64,000 bases of DNA from a bacterium ADurb.Bin212. Its GTDB lineage: Bacteria > Patescibacteriota > UBA1384 > XYA2-FULL-43-10. Below, piece after piece: positions 26,830-37,763 of the stretch. Position 1 is the first letter of the stretch, and every line of letters begins with the position of its first letter. Where the stretch lies: positions 10,257 to 74,256 of the forward strand of contig MWCM01000004.1 of assembly GCA_002070055.1 (NCBI GenBank). Reading direction: 5' to 3'. The position numbers and the translations under genes are program-made. The notes under the pieces were generated by a model. It worked only from the letters and a program-made list of their open reading frames with translations. It searched no databases and had not been told where the DNA came from.

Positions 26830-28393
26830 CTTTTCCCCCTCTTTTAAAAACCCAGTTCAGCTCCTCTAGTCCAGTTAATTTTGACAAAAGCACATAAGAT
26901 AGAACAGCAATGATAAAGGCTGAGATGGATTGTGTTAATACTCCAAAAAACGTACTCATATTAACATAGTCATCAATAAAATGTTTAGAGAATTGTAATA
27001 CAATCGCCATAATCAAAGAGATTGTTAATATCTTTATAAAAGACACAAGTATTTTTTTATCAGGCTTATAGCACGATATTCTTTGTAAACCTATATACAA
27101 AAGCATTGCGTTCAGCAAACTTGAAACCCCAAAAGCCATAGCTAATCCAGCGACAGAGTAAGTAGGGGTCAGAAGAACTGCAAACAGGATACCCATGGCG
27201 GTTGAAACAAGACCAATATACATAGGGGTTTTTGTATCTTTTGTGGCATAAAATGCTCGAGCAAAAAGAGGAATTAGCCCCTGAGGCAACAAAGACAAAG
27301 AAAAATATCCCAAAGTGGCTGCAGTCGCGGTTGTGTCTGCCCATGCAAAGTAACCTGCGCCCAATACTAACCTGATTATCTGGGCTCTTAACAAAAAGAT
27401 GATTATTGAAATAGGTATTAATATGTATGATATTGTCCTAATTGTTTTGTTAAGGTAAAAGCAAAACTTATCATTTTCTGATTTTGATATTGCCATAGTT
27501 AGCGTTGGGAATATCGCAGTTGCCATAGACCCGCCGAAGACAACTGTCGGAACAGTTTGTATATTGTTTGCAAAATTAAAAGCAGATATAGAACCTGCTG
27601 CCAGATAAGAAGCGATGGAGGTGTAGACCAGGAGAAGTATCTGATTTGCACCCAAACCGACAGTTCTCGGCAACATCAGTTTAAATATCTTCTGTACTGC
27701 CTTATTTTTATAGTCTGTTATCCACTGATATTTAAAACCAATTTTTATTACACTCGGTATTTGAATTAAAAGATGCAACATGGCGCCTATTACTACAAAG
27801 TAGGCAACGCCTTCTACACCCTTGCTTTTGCCAAGTATTACTATCCCGGCGATTATCGATAAATTGTAAACCAATGGTGCCAAAGAGTAGGCAAAAAAAC
27901 GGTTGTAGGAATTTAGTACACCGGAAACAATATATGAGGCAGAAAAGAAAATCGGAGTTAACATAATTATTCTAGACAGCTTGACTGTTTGGGCAATTTT
28001 TTCCGCAGGAAAGTCTGGGACAACTATATACACCAAATAGGGCATAAGGAAGTATATTAAGATCGCCGATGCTATCATTAATATAACTGCTAAGTTCAAA
28101 ACAGTATTTACAATCTTCCAAGCCTCTTTTATTTCATTTTTAGCTCTATAGTCAGAAAATACTGGAACCAGCGCAGAGAATATCGCACCCAGTATCAAGA
28201 AATTAAAAACAAGATCTGGTATTCTAAATGAGGCAAAATAGACATCTAAATTGCTAGTTTCGATATATCTTGCCAGAAGGTGATCGCGCAATAATCCCAA
28301 GATATTACTCAGCGCAAGCGTAATAACTAGTATTACGCTTGCCGATCTGACAGAATTCTCGCCATTGAATAACTTTGATATTTTTTGTTGCAT
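26822..28393 (-). CDS. murJ: lipid II flippase MurJ (MviN)
   Basis: Carries LLRDHLLARYIETSNLDVYFASFRIPDLVFNFLILGAIFSALVPVFS, the MurJ N-terminal signature. About 14 TM segments. Confidence 0.85.
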   Translation of the reverse strand: MQQKISKLFNGENSVRSASVILVITLALSNILGLLRDHLLARYIETSNLDVYFASFRIPDLVFNFLILGAIFSALVPVFSDYRAKNEIKEAWKIVNTVLNLAVILMIASAILIYFLMPYLVYIVVPDFPAEKIAQTVKLSRIIMLTPIFFSASYIVSGVLNSYNRFFAYSLAPLVYNLSIIAGIVILGKSKGVEGVAYFVVIGAMLHLLIQIPSVIKIGFKYQWITDYKNKAVQKIFKLMLPRTVGLGANQILLLVYTSIASYLAAGSISAFNFANNIQTVPTVVFGGSMATAIFPTLTMAISKSENDKFCFYLNKTIRTISYILIPISIIIFLLRAQIIRLVLGAGYFAWADTTATAATLGYFSLSLLPQGLIPLFARAFYATKDTKTPMYIGLVSTAMGILFAVLLTPTYSVAGLAMAFGVSSLLNAMLLYIGLQRISCYKPDKKILVSFIKILTISLIMAIVLQFSKHFIDDYVNMSTFFGVLTQSISAFIIAVLSYVLLSKLTGLEELNWVFKRGGKDV

Positions 28394-28395
28394 TT

Positions 28396-30210
28396 TTATT
28401 TTTCTTTGGGCTGATTTTCGCCTATAGCAACCAGAAACTCTTCATCAGATATTGTCTCTTCTTTTAATAGCTTCTCAGAGAGTTTTTTAATATCATTTTT
28501 ATGCCCAACAATGATCTCATGAGCTTTCATCTTGCCACTTGTAATAATTCTGGAGACCTCTTTGTCAATCATCGAAGCAATCTCTTCGCTGTAATTTCTG
28601 TGCTCAGCAAGATCCTTTCCTAAAAAAGGCAGATTTTCGCTGTGTCCGTAAGTCTGGGCACCAAGCTTATCACTCATTCCATATTCAACTACCATTTTTC
28701 TCGCAGTATTGGTGGCTCTCTTGAGATCGTTCTGGGCTCCGGTTGTGATATTTTCCTCTCCAAAGAAAACTTCTTCCGCCACCCTGCCGGCAAGCAAAGA
28801 GGATATCTCGTCCATAAACTTTGCCTTTGTCTGTAATCTACTATCTTCTCTCGGCATATTCCAGGTAAACCCAAGTGCCATACCCCTAGACACTATTGAT
28901 ATCTTATGCACAGGATCAGAATTAGGCAAAAAGTGGCTGACTACTGCGTGGCCAGATTCATGGACAGCAGTTATCTCTTTTTCTTTTTCGGAAAGTATTC
29001 TGCTTCTTCTTTCGGGACCAAGCATTACTTTTTCAATCGCCTCATCAAAGTCTTGAGAATTTACTATCTTACGATCTGCTCTAGCAGCCAGAATCGCTGC
29101 TTCGTTTGCAAGATTTCTCAAATCTGCGCCGGAGAAGCCTGCTGTTGTTGAGGCTATTTTATTTAAATTTAGTGACTTATCAACCGGTTTGTTTTTTATG
29201 TGAACCTTTAGAATTTCAAGCCTTTCATTTTTGTCTGGCAGGTCTATCACGACTTGGCGGTCAAATCTGCCGGGACGCATCAATGCAGGATCCAATACGT
29301 CTGGCCTATTAGTTGCCGCCATCACAATAACATTGTCTTTTGTGTCAAAACCGTCCATCTCAACCAGTATTTGATTTAATGTCTGCTCTCGTTCATCATG
29401 GCTACCACCCAATCCGCTACCTCTTTGACGGCCGATAGCATCTAATTCGTCAACAAAGATAATCGAAGGAGCGTTGCGTTTGGCTTTTGTAAAAAGATCT
29501 CTTACTCTAGACGCACCAACGCCAACGAACATTTCGACAAATTCAGAAGCAGAAATCGAAAAGAAAGGAACGCCTGCCTCACCTGCTACAGCCTTAGCTA
29601 ATAAAGTTTTACCTGTGCCGGGAGGACCTACCAGCAAGACACCCTTGGGGATCTCCGCTCCCAAATCACGAAACTTCTTTGGGGATTTTAGAAATTCGAC
29701 TATCTCTACCAGCTCCTGCTTCGGCTCAACTAAACCAGCGACATCTTTAAAACTTGTCTTGGTGCCGAGGGATAATTTTGCTGATGATTTACCGAAACTC
29801 ATCGCTTTACTATTTGCGCCTTGTGCACCTCGAAATAGAAACCAAAAAAATGCTCCTATAAGGATGATTGGTAGCAGGGAAGTGACGACTGAAAGCCAAA
29901 CATATGATGCCGACGAATCCTTTACAGTGATCTTGGTTTTATCCGGAGTTATGCCATATTCATTCAAACCAACGCCAGATTCTTTTACCGATTTTTTTGT
30001 CTCTCCATCTTTAAGTTTGGCGGTTATTTGGTTGTCTTCGACAATAATCTCCTCTATCTTCCCCTCGGCGACTAGAGATGACACCTCAGATAAGCTAACC
30101 TCCGCCGGTTTTTGTGCATCATTTGAATAGTAACTTGCTATTGATATTGCGATTAAGATGATGAAAATAATCCATATTGCAATAGAATTATTCTTGCGTG
30201 GACTGGCCAT
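28396..30210 (-). CDS. ftsH: ATP-dependent zinc metalloprotease FtsH
   Basis: Walker A is [26 protein letters not shown]. The second region of homology and the zinc motif HESGHAVV are present. Confidence 0.95.
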   Translation of the reverse strand: MASPRKNNSIAIWIIFIILIAISIASYYSNDAQKPAEVSLSEVSSLVAEGKIEEIIVEDNQITAKLKDGETKKSVKESGVGLNEYGITPDKTKITVKDSSASYVWLSVVTSLLPIILIGAFFWFLFRGAQGANSKAMSFGKSSAKLSLGTKTSFKDVAGLVEPKQELVEIVEFLKSPKKFRDLGAEIPKGVLLVGPPGTGKTLLAKAVAGEAGVPFFSISASEFVEMFVGVGASRVRDLFTKAKRNAPSIIFVDELDAIGRQRGSGLGGSHDEREQTLNQILVEMDGFDTKDNVIVMAATNRPDVLDPALMRPGRFDRQVVIDLPDKNERLEILKVHIKNKPVDKSLNLNKIASTTAGFSGADLRNLANEAAILAARADRKIVNSQDFDEAIEKVMLGPERRSRILSEKEKEITAVHESGHAVVSHFLPNSDPVHKISIVSRGMALGFTWNMPREDSRLQTKAKFMDEISSLLAGRVAEEVFFGEENITTGAQNDLKRATNTARKMVVEYGMSDKLGAQTYGHSENLPFLGKDLAEHRNYSEEIASMIDKEVSRIITSGKMKAHEIIVGHKNDIKKLSEKLLKEETISDEEFLVAIGENQPKEK

Positions 30211-31216
30211 TGTTCTCCTTAACTAAATTACTTGTTTGGTACATATAGATTCTACCATTTTTGAACTCGAAACGTAAAGAATGGGGGAGTGGTAGAAATT
30301 TTTTGCCAACTTTATTCTCAATAAGCTGGACAATTTTTTCTAGTTGTTTTCTACTAATATCATTAGGATTTAACAGCTGATGGTATGAATAATGTAAAAG
30401 ATGAGTTTTTAAAACCGGGTCAACTTTCTCCCAATCACCCAAGGAGATCGAAAGGTATTCGGACTCTTTTTTTACAATTCTCTCAAATAATGCTGACACC
30501 TCTTTGCCGATAAAACCGTAATCTTCAGCAATTTGCATGGCCGCACCCGATACAGCTAAATCAATATTGGGATTAATTTTTCTTAAGTCAGGAAGAATCT
30601 TATGACGGATTTTATTTCTTAAATACTTCTGATCTAAGTTGCTCGAATCTTGACGGTAGTCACAACCCTTCTCTCTAAGATAATCGATAATCTCATTTCT
30701 TGAAATTTGCAGTAGGGGACGGATATAAAAATCCCTTTGGGGAAGTATGGAAGATAATCCAATTAAGCCGGAACCCCTTATCAATCTCATTAGAAAGGTC
30801 TCAGAAAGATCGTTTAAATTATGCGCCAAAGCGATTTTGGCCCCTACTCTACCCTGTTTTAAAAAAACTTTTTCAAAGAATGAGTAGCGGCACTCCCTGG
30901 CATCCATCTCGTTTTTTATAATAAACTCATCAGGCTTGCAACCCACCTCGAGCTCAACTCCCCTATCTTTGCAGAAGTTTCTAACAAATATTTCATCCTG
31001 GTCGCTCTCGTCCCCTCTTAGCTTGTGGTTGTAATGGCAAGCCTTTATGTCTAATTTAAATTTATCTTTTAATTCGAGTAAAATGTTCAACAAACATATC
31101 GAATCGGCCCCACCGCTAACGGCTACAACAATACTGTCACCTTTTTCAATTAAGAGCTTATCTTTAATATAAAGGGCCACCTTGTTAACAATATCTTTTG
31201 GGCTGCTTTTGACCAT
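30188..31216 (-). CDS. tilS: tRNA(Ile)-lysidine synthetase TilS
   Basis: PP-loop is VAVSGGADSICLL. It sits upstream of ftsH, which is a conserved arrangement. Confidence 0.85.
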   Translation of the reverse strand: MVKSSPKDIVNKVALYIKDKLLIEKGDSIVVAVSGGADSICLLNILLELKDKFKLDIKACHYNHKLRGDESDQDEIFVRNFCKDRGVELEVGCKPDEFIIKNEMDARECRYSFFEKVFLKQGRVGAKIALAHNLNDLSETFLMRLIRGSGLIGLSSILPQRDFYIRPLLQISRNEIIDYLREKGCDYRQDSSNLDQKYLRNKIRHKILPDLRKINPNIDLAVSGAAMQIAEDYGFIGKEVSALFERIVKKESEYLSISLGDWEKVDPVLKTHLLHYSYHQLLNPNDISRKQLEKIVQLIENKVGKKFLPLPHSLRFEFKNGRIYMYQTSNLVKENNGQSTQE

Positions 31217-31323
31217 TCGCTAAGATCGAATTTAATATTACTTGTCCAAACACTTTACCACAAACAGCTTCATTTTTCTATGATCTTACCTATTGCGAAA
31301 ATCGATCTTTTATTGTATGATGA

Positions 31324-31398
31324 ATTAGCTTGATGCGGGGTGGAGCAATGGCAGCTCGTCTGGCTCATAACCAGAAGGTTGACGGTTCGAATCCGTCC
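31324..31398 (+). tRNA. initiator tRNA-fMet (CAU)
   Basis: The sequence .GCGGGGTGGAGCAATGGCAGCTCGTCTGGCTCATAACCAGAAGGTTGACGGTTCGAATCCGTCCCCCGCTACCA closely parallels the E. coli initiator tRNA. Positions 1:72 are mispaired. CCA is encoded. Confidence 0.75.
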
Positions 31399-31644
31399 CC
31401 CGCTACCAAAATTAGAATTATGAATAATGAATAAATAATTATGATACGGTCATAAAAATATGCATTGTTTATAATTCGTTTTTTTTATATTATAAGACTA
31501 GCAAAGATATTTAATAATTATAAATTGTATTTGGCGGGGTAGCTTCCGCCAAAGGCGGACAGGCATCTTCGCTACCCTGATTCTAATAATAAGTTAAGTA
31601 TTCCATTATTTTAAATTTTTGCTTTTAAATTTTAAATTGTTTTT

Positions 31645-31721
31645 GGCAGGGTAGCTCAGATGGTTAGAGCGCGGGACTCATAAGCCCGAGGTCGAGAGTT
31701 CGATCCTCTCCCCTGCTACCA
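31645..31721 (+). tRNA. elongator tRNA-Met (CAU)
   Basis: GGCAGGGTAGCTCAGATGGTTAGAGCGCGGGACTCATAAGCCCGAGGTCGAGAGTTCGATCCTCTCCCCTGCTACCA. The D-arm and T-arm are canonical. The anticodon is CAT. Confidence 0.8.
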
Positions 31722-31790
31722 AAATAGAGTGGTCAAAAAGACTTTTAATGGTCTTGCCAATTAAGTTGATCGTATTCAAGAAGAGATATA

Positions 31791-31820
31791 AAAAACATCA
31801 CACGCGGTGATGTTTTTTAT
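31791..31820. terminator. bidirectional rho-independent terminator
   Basis: Stem catcac, loop acgcg, stem gtgatg, flanked by A-runs and T-runs on both sides. It lies between the tRNA cluster (+) and the convergent minus-strand gene that ends at 31842. Confidence 0.6.
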
Positions 31821-31841
31821 ATCTAAAAGGCAGATTGACTC

Positions 31842-32861
31842 CTATTCTTTCTCCTCTGACTCTTCTTTTATGTAACTAGTTATAATATAGTACAGCGCAA
31901 GTAGGGCGACCTCTATCAAAATGAAGTAATCGCAGTACTTTGAGGGCTGGTAGAAGTCGTGCAATCCCCAATGTAAAAAATATAAAATCACAGCTGCAAA
32001 TACCGGCCAGAACCAGCCAAAAATAATGGCTGATTTTTTATTTATATAAGCCCATAACACTAAAAACATGGCCAGAACGATCGATAAAAGCCACCACCAG
32101 AAACATACAGATTTTGTATTATTTTTTGCTCCTTGGGCCTCACCTTCGCTTTTGACCCCAGCCACCTCACCCTGTTCCATGTTTTGTGACTGTTGATCAA
32201 TTGCCTCAGCCTCATCACCATCTGCAACCGGCGCTTCTTGTCTTTGAAACACTCCTGCAACCGTATTCGCTGCTTCGTTATCAATAATGCCGGTTTCACC
32301 TCCGTCTGTGTCCTCTTTCTCGTCTGTGCTTTCATTGCCCATCACAAAATCAAAAGCCAAGGTACTTGTGCCTTGATATTCATTACCCACACTCTCAGGC
32401 ATAGATGCCTCAATATCTACTAAAACACTGCCACCTGGAGCTATTGATCCTACTATTATGTTACTCTCAGGATAATTAGCTATTTCTTTAATAGATCTCT
32501 TCCAAACTGCGCTTCCAAGAACTCTTGGTTCTAAATATATAACATCGGCTAGCTCTCCGAGTGAACCTTTTACAGCAATCGAAAACGAATGTGGCTTTGC
32601 TCCGTTATTTGTAACTGTTAAAGATTTATTTTCACTAAAACCAGGGGAAATATTATTCGCCGAAAACAAAGGCCCGGAACCGGCGTAATTAATTGATAAA
32701 ACGCCTGCATGCTTCGTTTCCGCATGCAAACTTGTGGAACTGAATAGAGCAAGAGATAAGCCCAAAACCAAAGATGCAAAAGCTGTTATAATTAGGTAAT
32801 TACTTTTAAATGCGCTGTATATTTTATACATTCGGCCCTCCCGGAGTTGGAACGTGACCAT
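31842..32861 (-). CDS. secreted/surface protein with an acidic low-complexity region and a C-terminal multi-TM anchor
   Basis: Signal peptide. The mature N-terminus AGVLSINYAGSGPLFSANNISPGFSENKSLTVTNNGA resembles SipW-cognate/camelysin-like proteins. A D/E-rich linker precedes C-terminal hydrophobic helices. Confidence 0.45.
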   Translation of the reverse strand: MVTFQLREGRMYKIYSAFKSNYLIITAFASLVLGLSLALFSSTSLHAETKHAGVLSINYAGSGPLFSANNISPGFSENKSLTVTNNGAKPHSFSIAVKGSLGELADVIYLEPRVLGSAVWKRSIKEIANYPESNIIVGSIAPGGSVLVDIEASMPESVGNEYQGTSTLAFDFVMGNESTDEKEDTDGGETGIIDNEAANTVAGVFQRQEAPVADGDEAEAIDQQSQNMEQGEVAGVKSEGEAQGAKNNTKSVCFWWWLLSIVLAMFLVLWAYINKKSAIIFGWFWPVFAAVILYFLHWGLHDFYQPSKYCDYFILIEVALLALYYIITSYIKEESEEKE

Positions 32862-33378
32862 CTGACCAGATATCTGTTCCGTCCGGAATTGTGGACCAAG
32901 ATTTGCTCTCTTGAGTGTTCATATATGAAAAGCTATCAATAAGATTACCAACCAACAAGCTATCATCATACAGTCTAACCGTTTCGGAGCCATTATTAAG
33001 GGAAAAATCAGCATCCCCATTTCTATAAATAACAAGATAACCCCTTGGCGCAATAACAGTTGATCCGCTCAGAACGTTCACGGTGGATATCTTAAAATCA
33101 TGACTATCTAAAGCATCATAAAGATACCAACCATTTACATCAATCGGCCAATGACCTTTATTATACAACTCCAACCATTCACCGCCCGGCATAGTCGCGG
33201 CCTCATCGCCGATTGGATTGGCATATACCTCGTTTAGCACAACATCATAATTACTAGATTGTTCCGCAATAAAGGCATTACCGGTTACTGCGACTGAATC
33301 ACTTAGGTGTGCTCCTGAATAACTAAGTCCAATGAATAACATTGCCGTGGGCACAAACAACCTACGAAGAGATTTCAT
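32824..33378 (-). CDS. lamin-tail-domain (LTD) secreted protein with a SipW-cognate-type signal
   Basis: The likely start is MKSLRRLF. Signal and cleavage region is GAHLSDSVAVTGNAFIA. LTD motif is VVLNEVYANP...GEWLELYN. Confidence 0.55.
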   Translation of the reverse strand: MKSLRRLFVPTAMLFIGLSYSGAHLSDSVAVTGNAFIAEQSSNYDVVLNEVYANPIGDEAATMPGGEWLELYNKGHWPIDVNGWYLYDALDSHDFKISTVNVLSGSTVIAPRGYLVIYRNGDADFSLNNGSETVRLYDDSLLVGNLIDSFSYMNTQESKSWSTIPDGTDIWSDGHVPTPGGPNV

Positions 33379-33925
33379 TTCGGCTCCTTTTCTTTTCTTG
33401 CCTAATTTTTGAGATATTTTTGGCTTCGTTGGCAATTTTTCTAAATTCTTCATAAATAATTATCGTGGCAGGGATAATTACAATGAGTACTAATCCTGTT
33501 AGCGTTTTGATAAAAGATAGCAAATATCCTAAATAGGGTATTTTAAATATATATTTTCCAACTAATTGGTCCTGTTTGATTTTCACGCTGTCGTTAGTAT
33601 TGTTAGCATCCCCTTTTGTGGAATAAAAAACAACACCATTTATTAGTTCTTTACCACTAATACGATGAGTTGTGGTGTCTTTTTTGTTGTTCAAATCACT
33701 TGGTGCGTAGGTAACTATGTCGCCCATTGCATAGATAGCACTAGGTTGTACAAAAATCAAACTACCCACTGGAATAGCTGGCTCCATAGACCCAGACATA
33801 ACACTAAAAACTTTATAATTGTTTTTTAAGGGCAATAATGAAACCAAAAAAGTTAACCCAACAATGAGTATAATGCCAAACATTATATCACCAACAATTT
33901 TTGCAATCTTTGTGAATAAACTCAT
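33362..33925 (-). CDS. sipW: signal peptidase I, SipW/archaeal-ER type
   Basis: N-terminal TM, then the catalytic Ser motif VMSGSMEP. Size is 187 aa. Confidence 0.75.
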   Translation of the reverse strand: MSLFTKIAKIVGDIMFGIILIVGLTFLVSLLPLKNNYKVFSVMSGSMEPAIPVGSLIFVQPSAIYAMGDIVTYAPSDLNNKKDTTTHRISGKELINGVVFYSTKGDANNTNDSVKIKQDQLVGKYIFKIPYLGYLLSFIKTLTGLVLIVIIPATIIIYEEFRKIANEAKNISKIRQEKKRSRNEISS

Positions 33926-33975
33926 TCAGTGCCTCTTAATCCCGCCTAACTTAAGCGGGATTTGTGAAACTGAAA

Positions 33976-34569
33976 CTACATATTTTGGGACAGGTTGAAA
34001 GTGAAATCCAATTGCATTGAATCAGTCTGTGCTAAATTATCATTTGGAGTATTCCACCAATTTACTACAACCATCATTTTTACATTTGAACCAGCTGTTA
34101 CAAGCTTGTTGGTATCATAACTGGATGCAATTCCATTGGCCATAGAGTCATAAATTTTTACATCTCCAACACTATAATATCCATCACCATCATTATCCCA
34201 ATAAACGGTAAGCCCCAACACACTACTCAACTCACCTTGAGGATCAGTTATATCACCAGCCGATGACTCCGGCTCAGTAATGCCATTCTCAAGATCGGTT
34301 ACGGTAATGTTTGCTAAATCCAGATATCCATTTATTGTTCCCACATTAGCCAAAGTGTATTGAGCTGTAGGTTGATTGCCCGGGCGCATATTAGTAACAT
34401 TAAATTTCACTACATTCGTGTTGCCGCCATCTACGTTTAAATCAAGAGAACCTGCCGAGAAGGTGTTGCCAGTCGATGTTTCAGAGTCAGAGAAATATGC
34501 CCCTGTTGCGCTTGTAGCTATAGCACCAACCACCGCAATTACAAGAAAGCTTTTAAGAATTTTTAACAT
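33976..34569 (-). CDS. TasA/camelysin-like secreted protein with a SipW-cognate class signal peptide
   Basis: It begins MLKILKSFLVIAVVGAIATSATGAYFSDSETSTGNTFSAGSLDL, which matches the AYFSD...N.F.AG.LDL consensus. Confidence 0.7.
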   Translation of the reverse strand: MLKILKSFLVIAVVGAIATSATGAYFSDSETSTGNTFSAGSLDLNVDGGNTNVVKFNVTNMRPGNQPTAQYTLANVGTINGYLDLANITVTDLENGITEPESSAGDITDPQGELSSVLGLTVYWDNDGDGYYSVGDVKIYDSMANGIASSYDTNKLVTAGSNVKMMVVVNWWNTPNDNLAQTDSMQLDFTFNLSQNM

Positions 34570-34781
34570 GTTGCTCCTTTCAGTTATTTCTTTGCTTAAT
34601 TAAAAGCGTCGACCTCGCATTTTAAATTTAAAAAAGCCAACCTAATTAGTCACATCCGATGGATGCACAGAGGTTGGTTTTAATAAATAAGGTTCTACTA
34701 CCATAGTTAGCCTTTTTAACTACCTAGGTAATATATACTATAATTCAAGATGATTATAAAAGTCAAGAAGGGAAAACAATA

Positions 34782-35186
34782 CTAATTAAAAAAATACTTA
34801 TACCAATAAGTATAGTTTGGTGAGTTATAAGACTTCTCTGTCCCCTGTCCCTCGATTGTTGCCTCGTTGTTTTCATTAAGAGCAACATCCTTAGGCACAC
34901 TAATAATCTTTTCACCTGGAAGCATATATCCAAGTTTTGCCCTTGCTTGTTTCTCCTTAAAAGATTGACTATTGTAATATACAATTTCATTTTCGAGATA
35001 CTGTAATTCATTCTCAAGATTGATCAATTTTTGTTCCTGATCACTAATTCCCTTGTTTGAGTAATAATTATCTAAAATTGTCTTCCCCACTATGGCCATA
35101 AGATAAACTATAAACAACAAAACAATAAAGCTGCCAACACTCATGGGGAATTTTTCATTTATTTTTTCGAAAAATCTTTTCATCAC
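34782..35186 (-). CDS. FtsB/DivIC-like septum-formation coiled-coil membrane protein (tentative)
   Basis: N-terminal TM, then the coiled coil QKLINLENELQYLENEIVYYNSQSFKEKQARAKLGYMLPGEKII, the FtsB family pattern. Confidence 0.5.
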   Translation of the reverse strand: MMKRFFEKINEKFPMSVGSFIVLLFIVYLMAIVGKTILDNYYSNKGISDQEQKLINLENELQYLENEIVYYNSQSFKEKQARAKLGYMLPGEKIISVPKDVALNENNEATIEGQGTEKSYNSPNYTYWYKYFFN

Positions 35187-35291
35187 TCTTCCTCTGAATA
35201 TATTTTATCAGAAATGACAATAAATAGTATAAAAAATATCCGCATATTGCTATGCGGATATTTTATAGTGAACAACTGAACCGTCAGTTTT

Positions 35292-37340
35292 TTACCATCT
35301 TCTAGACTTTTTGCCAGATTTTGATTGTGACTCGCTCTTCTTGTCTGGCTGGCTCTTGGATTTCTCTTTAACTGTAACTGTGGAATTTGCTTTCTTGGTT
35401 TTTTCTTCCATCTCGTCTTCTCCGGCAAACCAGTAAAAATAACCACCAGTGGCTGCGCCAGCCAATATAATTAAAATAAACAGAATAATCCATGGAGTCC
35501 AGTTAACACTTTCCTCTTCTTCGCTTGTATCAACTTCTTCGTCACCCTTAATTTTTCCCTCTGAATCATCTGCTTTGTTTGAATCTCCATTGTCTTCATT
35601 ACCATCATCTGTATTCACACCAGTAGCAGGCTCTTGAGGCAAAATCTCTTGGGTAGTAACATTAACTGCCTGGACGATAACAGGCGTAGTGACCGCTGCT
35701 ACCCTCGGAGCAGACGAAACGACACTCTTCTCACTCATCACTCCAAAATCATCAATGGCCACGACCGCGAAATCATACTCGACACCGTTCTCTAGCCCAA
35801 TAATTTCAGTGCTTGTGTTTGCCGTAGGGATGAAAGTAGAGGGATAATCAATGTCTGCTTTCTTTTTGTAATAAATATTGTAAGAGACGGCCCCAAGGGG
35901 CGCAAGCCAAGATAAATTAACTTTGCCAGCACCAGGTATTACGGTCAAGTTGGTTACAGGAGCCTGTGTGCTTTTTACCACATTTACTACTCTAACAATT
36001 TCATCAGCCGCATTTCCTGAACTATCCACGTAATTATATCTAACATTGTATGTACCAACGATAGATGTGTCTACAACATCTCCAGATACAATTGCATTAC
36101 CGCTGCCATCTATATTATCTGTCCAAACTGCACCCTTTTCAACATAAACGGAATTATATTCAATATTAACATTGGCAGAGCCAATTAGAGTTATAACAGG
36201 TTTGTCATTGTCTACAGGCGTAATAGTAGAAATCGGGTCAGTAATTGTTTCGTTACCCAATTCATCAATCGCTTTGATCCTGTAAGTAATGGGATTTAAG
36301 CTATCATAAGGTAAGACATAGTAGAAACGATATTCAGAGCAATCTTTTGACATTGGGTTATAACTGGAATCATTTACTGAAATACCCACATAAGTCACAG
36401 CACTAGCGGCGTCAGTGATAACAGCAGAGATTGTAGTCTCTTCCCCTGTAGTGTCTGGAGTTGAAGTAGGAACGCCAATAACTGGGCCGGTAGTATCTTC
36501 AACTTTTACTTTAAAAGTTGTAGCGATTGCTGCATTGCCAGATGAGTCAGTTTTGTTGCAAGTAACAGTAGTATCACCCAAAGAAAAAGTTGAGCCGGAT
36601 ACAGGAGCACAATCAGCCGGTGATTCAGGATCATAATTATCAGTTGCCAGAGGAGACACATAATCAACCACAGCTCCAGCAGGACTGGTTGCTTCCGCTA
36701 CAATATCTTCATGAGAAGCTATTACCGGCGCAGTAGCATCAGAGTAATAAACCTTCATTCTAATTTGATCTACGTAAACTGTTCTGTCTCCGCCATTTGT
36801 TCTCTTTGCCGAAAAAACTGAACCAAAATTGCGGTTGTTGATATCGCTAGGTGCCCATGTGGTCCCCCACAAGTCACTGGAACCACCATAGGTAATTACT
36901 GTGTCAGAGCTAGTCCAGGCAGTTGATGTGTCTGCCTTGTTGGCACCAACTATAACATTATTCTTTACCAATTTAACTGAGTTATCAGTTACGGTTGAGC
37001 CACCACCACCGCTTCTTTTTCTCTCAACCTTTAGTTCGATTCCGTTAATTGTAGCCCAAGACGGAATGGCAAACTTATAATCTGTTGACCGCAAATAATC
37101 TGTTGGCCACAAGCTGGAATCAAGATTTGCGGTGGTATACTGATCGTTAGAAATTGAAGCTGGTGTACTGCTCCAATCATACCCGCCGCCTTCTATTGAC
37201 ACGTTATCAAAATCATCAGCTACCTTGTAACCGGAGTCAGCGGCCTGAGCATGGTTGCTTGAATTTGCAAACAATGCTACAGGGAAAGCTAGCAAAAAAG
37301 CCAGTAGATACACAATCGGTTTTCGAAATTTTTTGATCAT
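35292..37340 (-). CDS. large secreted cell-surface protein with HYR and DUF5011-type Ig-like domains, an FN3-like domain and a C-terminal TM anchor
   Basis: Signal peptide. HYR-like segment is PVIASHEDIVAEATSPAGAVVDY...TVTCNKTDSSGNAA. DUF5011-like segment is DNDKPVITLIGSANVNIEYNSVYVEKGAVWTDNIDGSG...TYNVRYNYVDSSGNAA. The C-terminus is WTPWIILFILIILAGAATGGYFYW plus a K/S-rich tail. Confidence 0.6.
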   Translation of the reverse strand: MIKKFRKPIVYLLAFLLAFPVALFANSSNHAQAADSGYKVADDFDNVSIEGGGYDWSSTPASISNDQYTTANLDSSLWPTDYLRSTDYKFAIPSWATINGIELKVERKRSGGGGSTVTDNSVKLVKNNVIVGANKADTSTAWTSSDTVITYGGSSDLWGTTWAPSDINNRNFGSVFSAKRTNGGDRTVYVDQIRMKVYYSDATAPVIASHEDIVAEATSPAGAVVDYVSPLATDNYDPESPADCAPVSGSTFSLGDTTVTCNKTDSSGNAAIATTFKVKVEDTTGPVIGVPTSTPDTTGEETTISAVITDAASAVTYVGISVNDSSYNPMSKDCSEYRFYYVLPYDSLNPITYRIKAIDELGNETITDPISTITPVDNDKPVITLIGSANVNIEYNSVYVEKGAVWTDNIDGSGNAIVSGDVVDTSIVGTYNVRYNYVDSSGNAADEIVRVVNVVKSTQAPVTNLTVIPGAGKVNLSWLAPLGAVSYNIYYKKKADIDYPSTFIPTANTSTEIIGLENGVEYDFAVVAIDDFGVMSEKSVVSSAPRVAAVTTPVIVQAVNVTTQEILPQEPATGVNTDDGNEDNGDSNKADDSEGKIKGDEEVDTSEEEESVNWTPWIILFILIILAGAATGGYFYWFAGEDEMEEKTKKANSTVTVKEKSKSQPDKKSESQSKSGKKSRRW

Positions 37341-37763
37341 AAAACCTCTCTTTTAAACTATTTAGTGAACAAATTTAACAACTATCACTAAAATAGACTT
37401 CGTATTCTTTGAGCCTATTCTGATATTTAGTTGTTAATCTGCCAAACGTGATTCTCCCATGCAGAAGACACCATTTACCCTCCCGGCAGGTTGCAGTTCG
37501 GCAATCCAGGACAAGCGCCTGGATTTAGAATATCTTTGCCCATAGGTATTACTTGTTATTACCTATTACTACTTTCATACCCATAGGCCCTAGCAATATT
37601 AGCTGCAGGCAAGTTATCAGTCTGGTATGATTCTGTCAAATATACCAGTATTTACTATTACAGCAGTAAATATTTTGATTTTTCCATAAAGTTGTCCACA
37701 TCTTATCAACAATAAAGGTAGCAATAAGCTACCTTTATTGTTGATTAAGTTATCCAAACTTAT

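Noticed and set aside
31531-31600. tRNA-like fragment GGCGGGGTAGCTTCCGCCAAAGGCGGACAGGCATCTTCGCTACCCTG between the initiator and Met tRNAs
   Set aside because: The 5' end resembles the acceptor and D-arm start of the adjacent tRNA-Met, but there is no T-arm (GTTC) or anticodon stem. It folds instead into a nested hairpin (GGGTAGC...GCTACCC enclosing TCCGCC-AAA-GGCGGA). It is probably a degenerate tRNA remnant or a small processing or terminator structure, not a functional tRNA.
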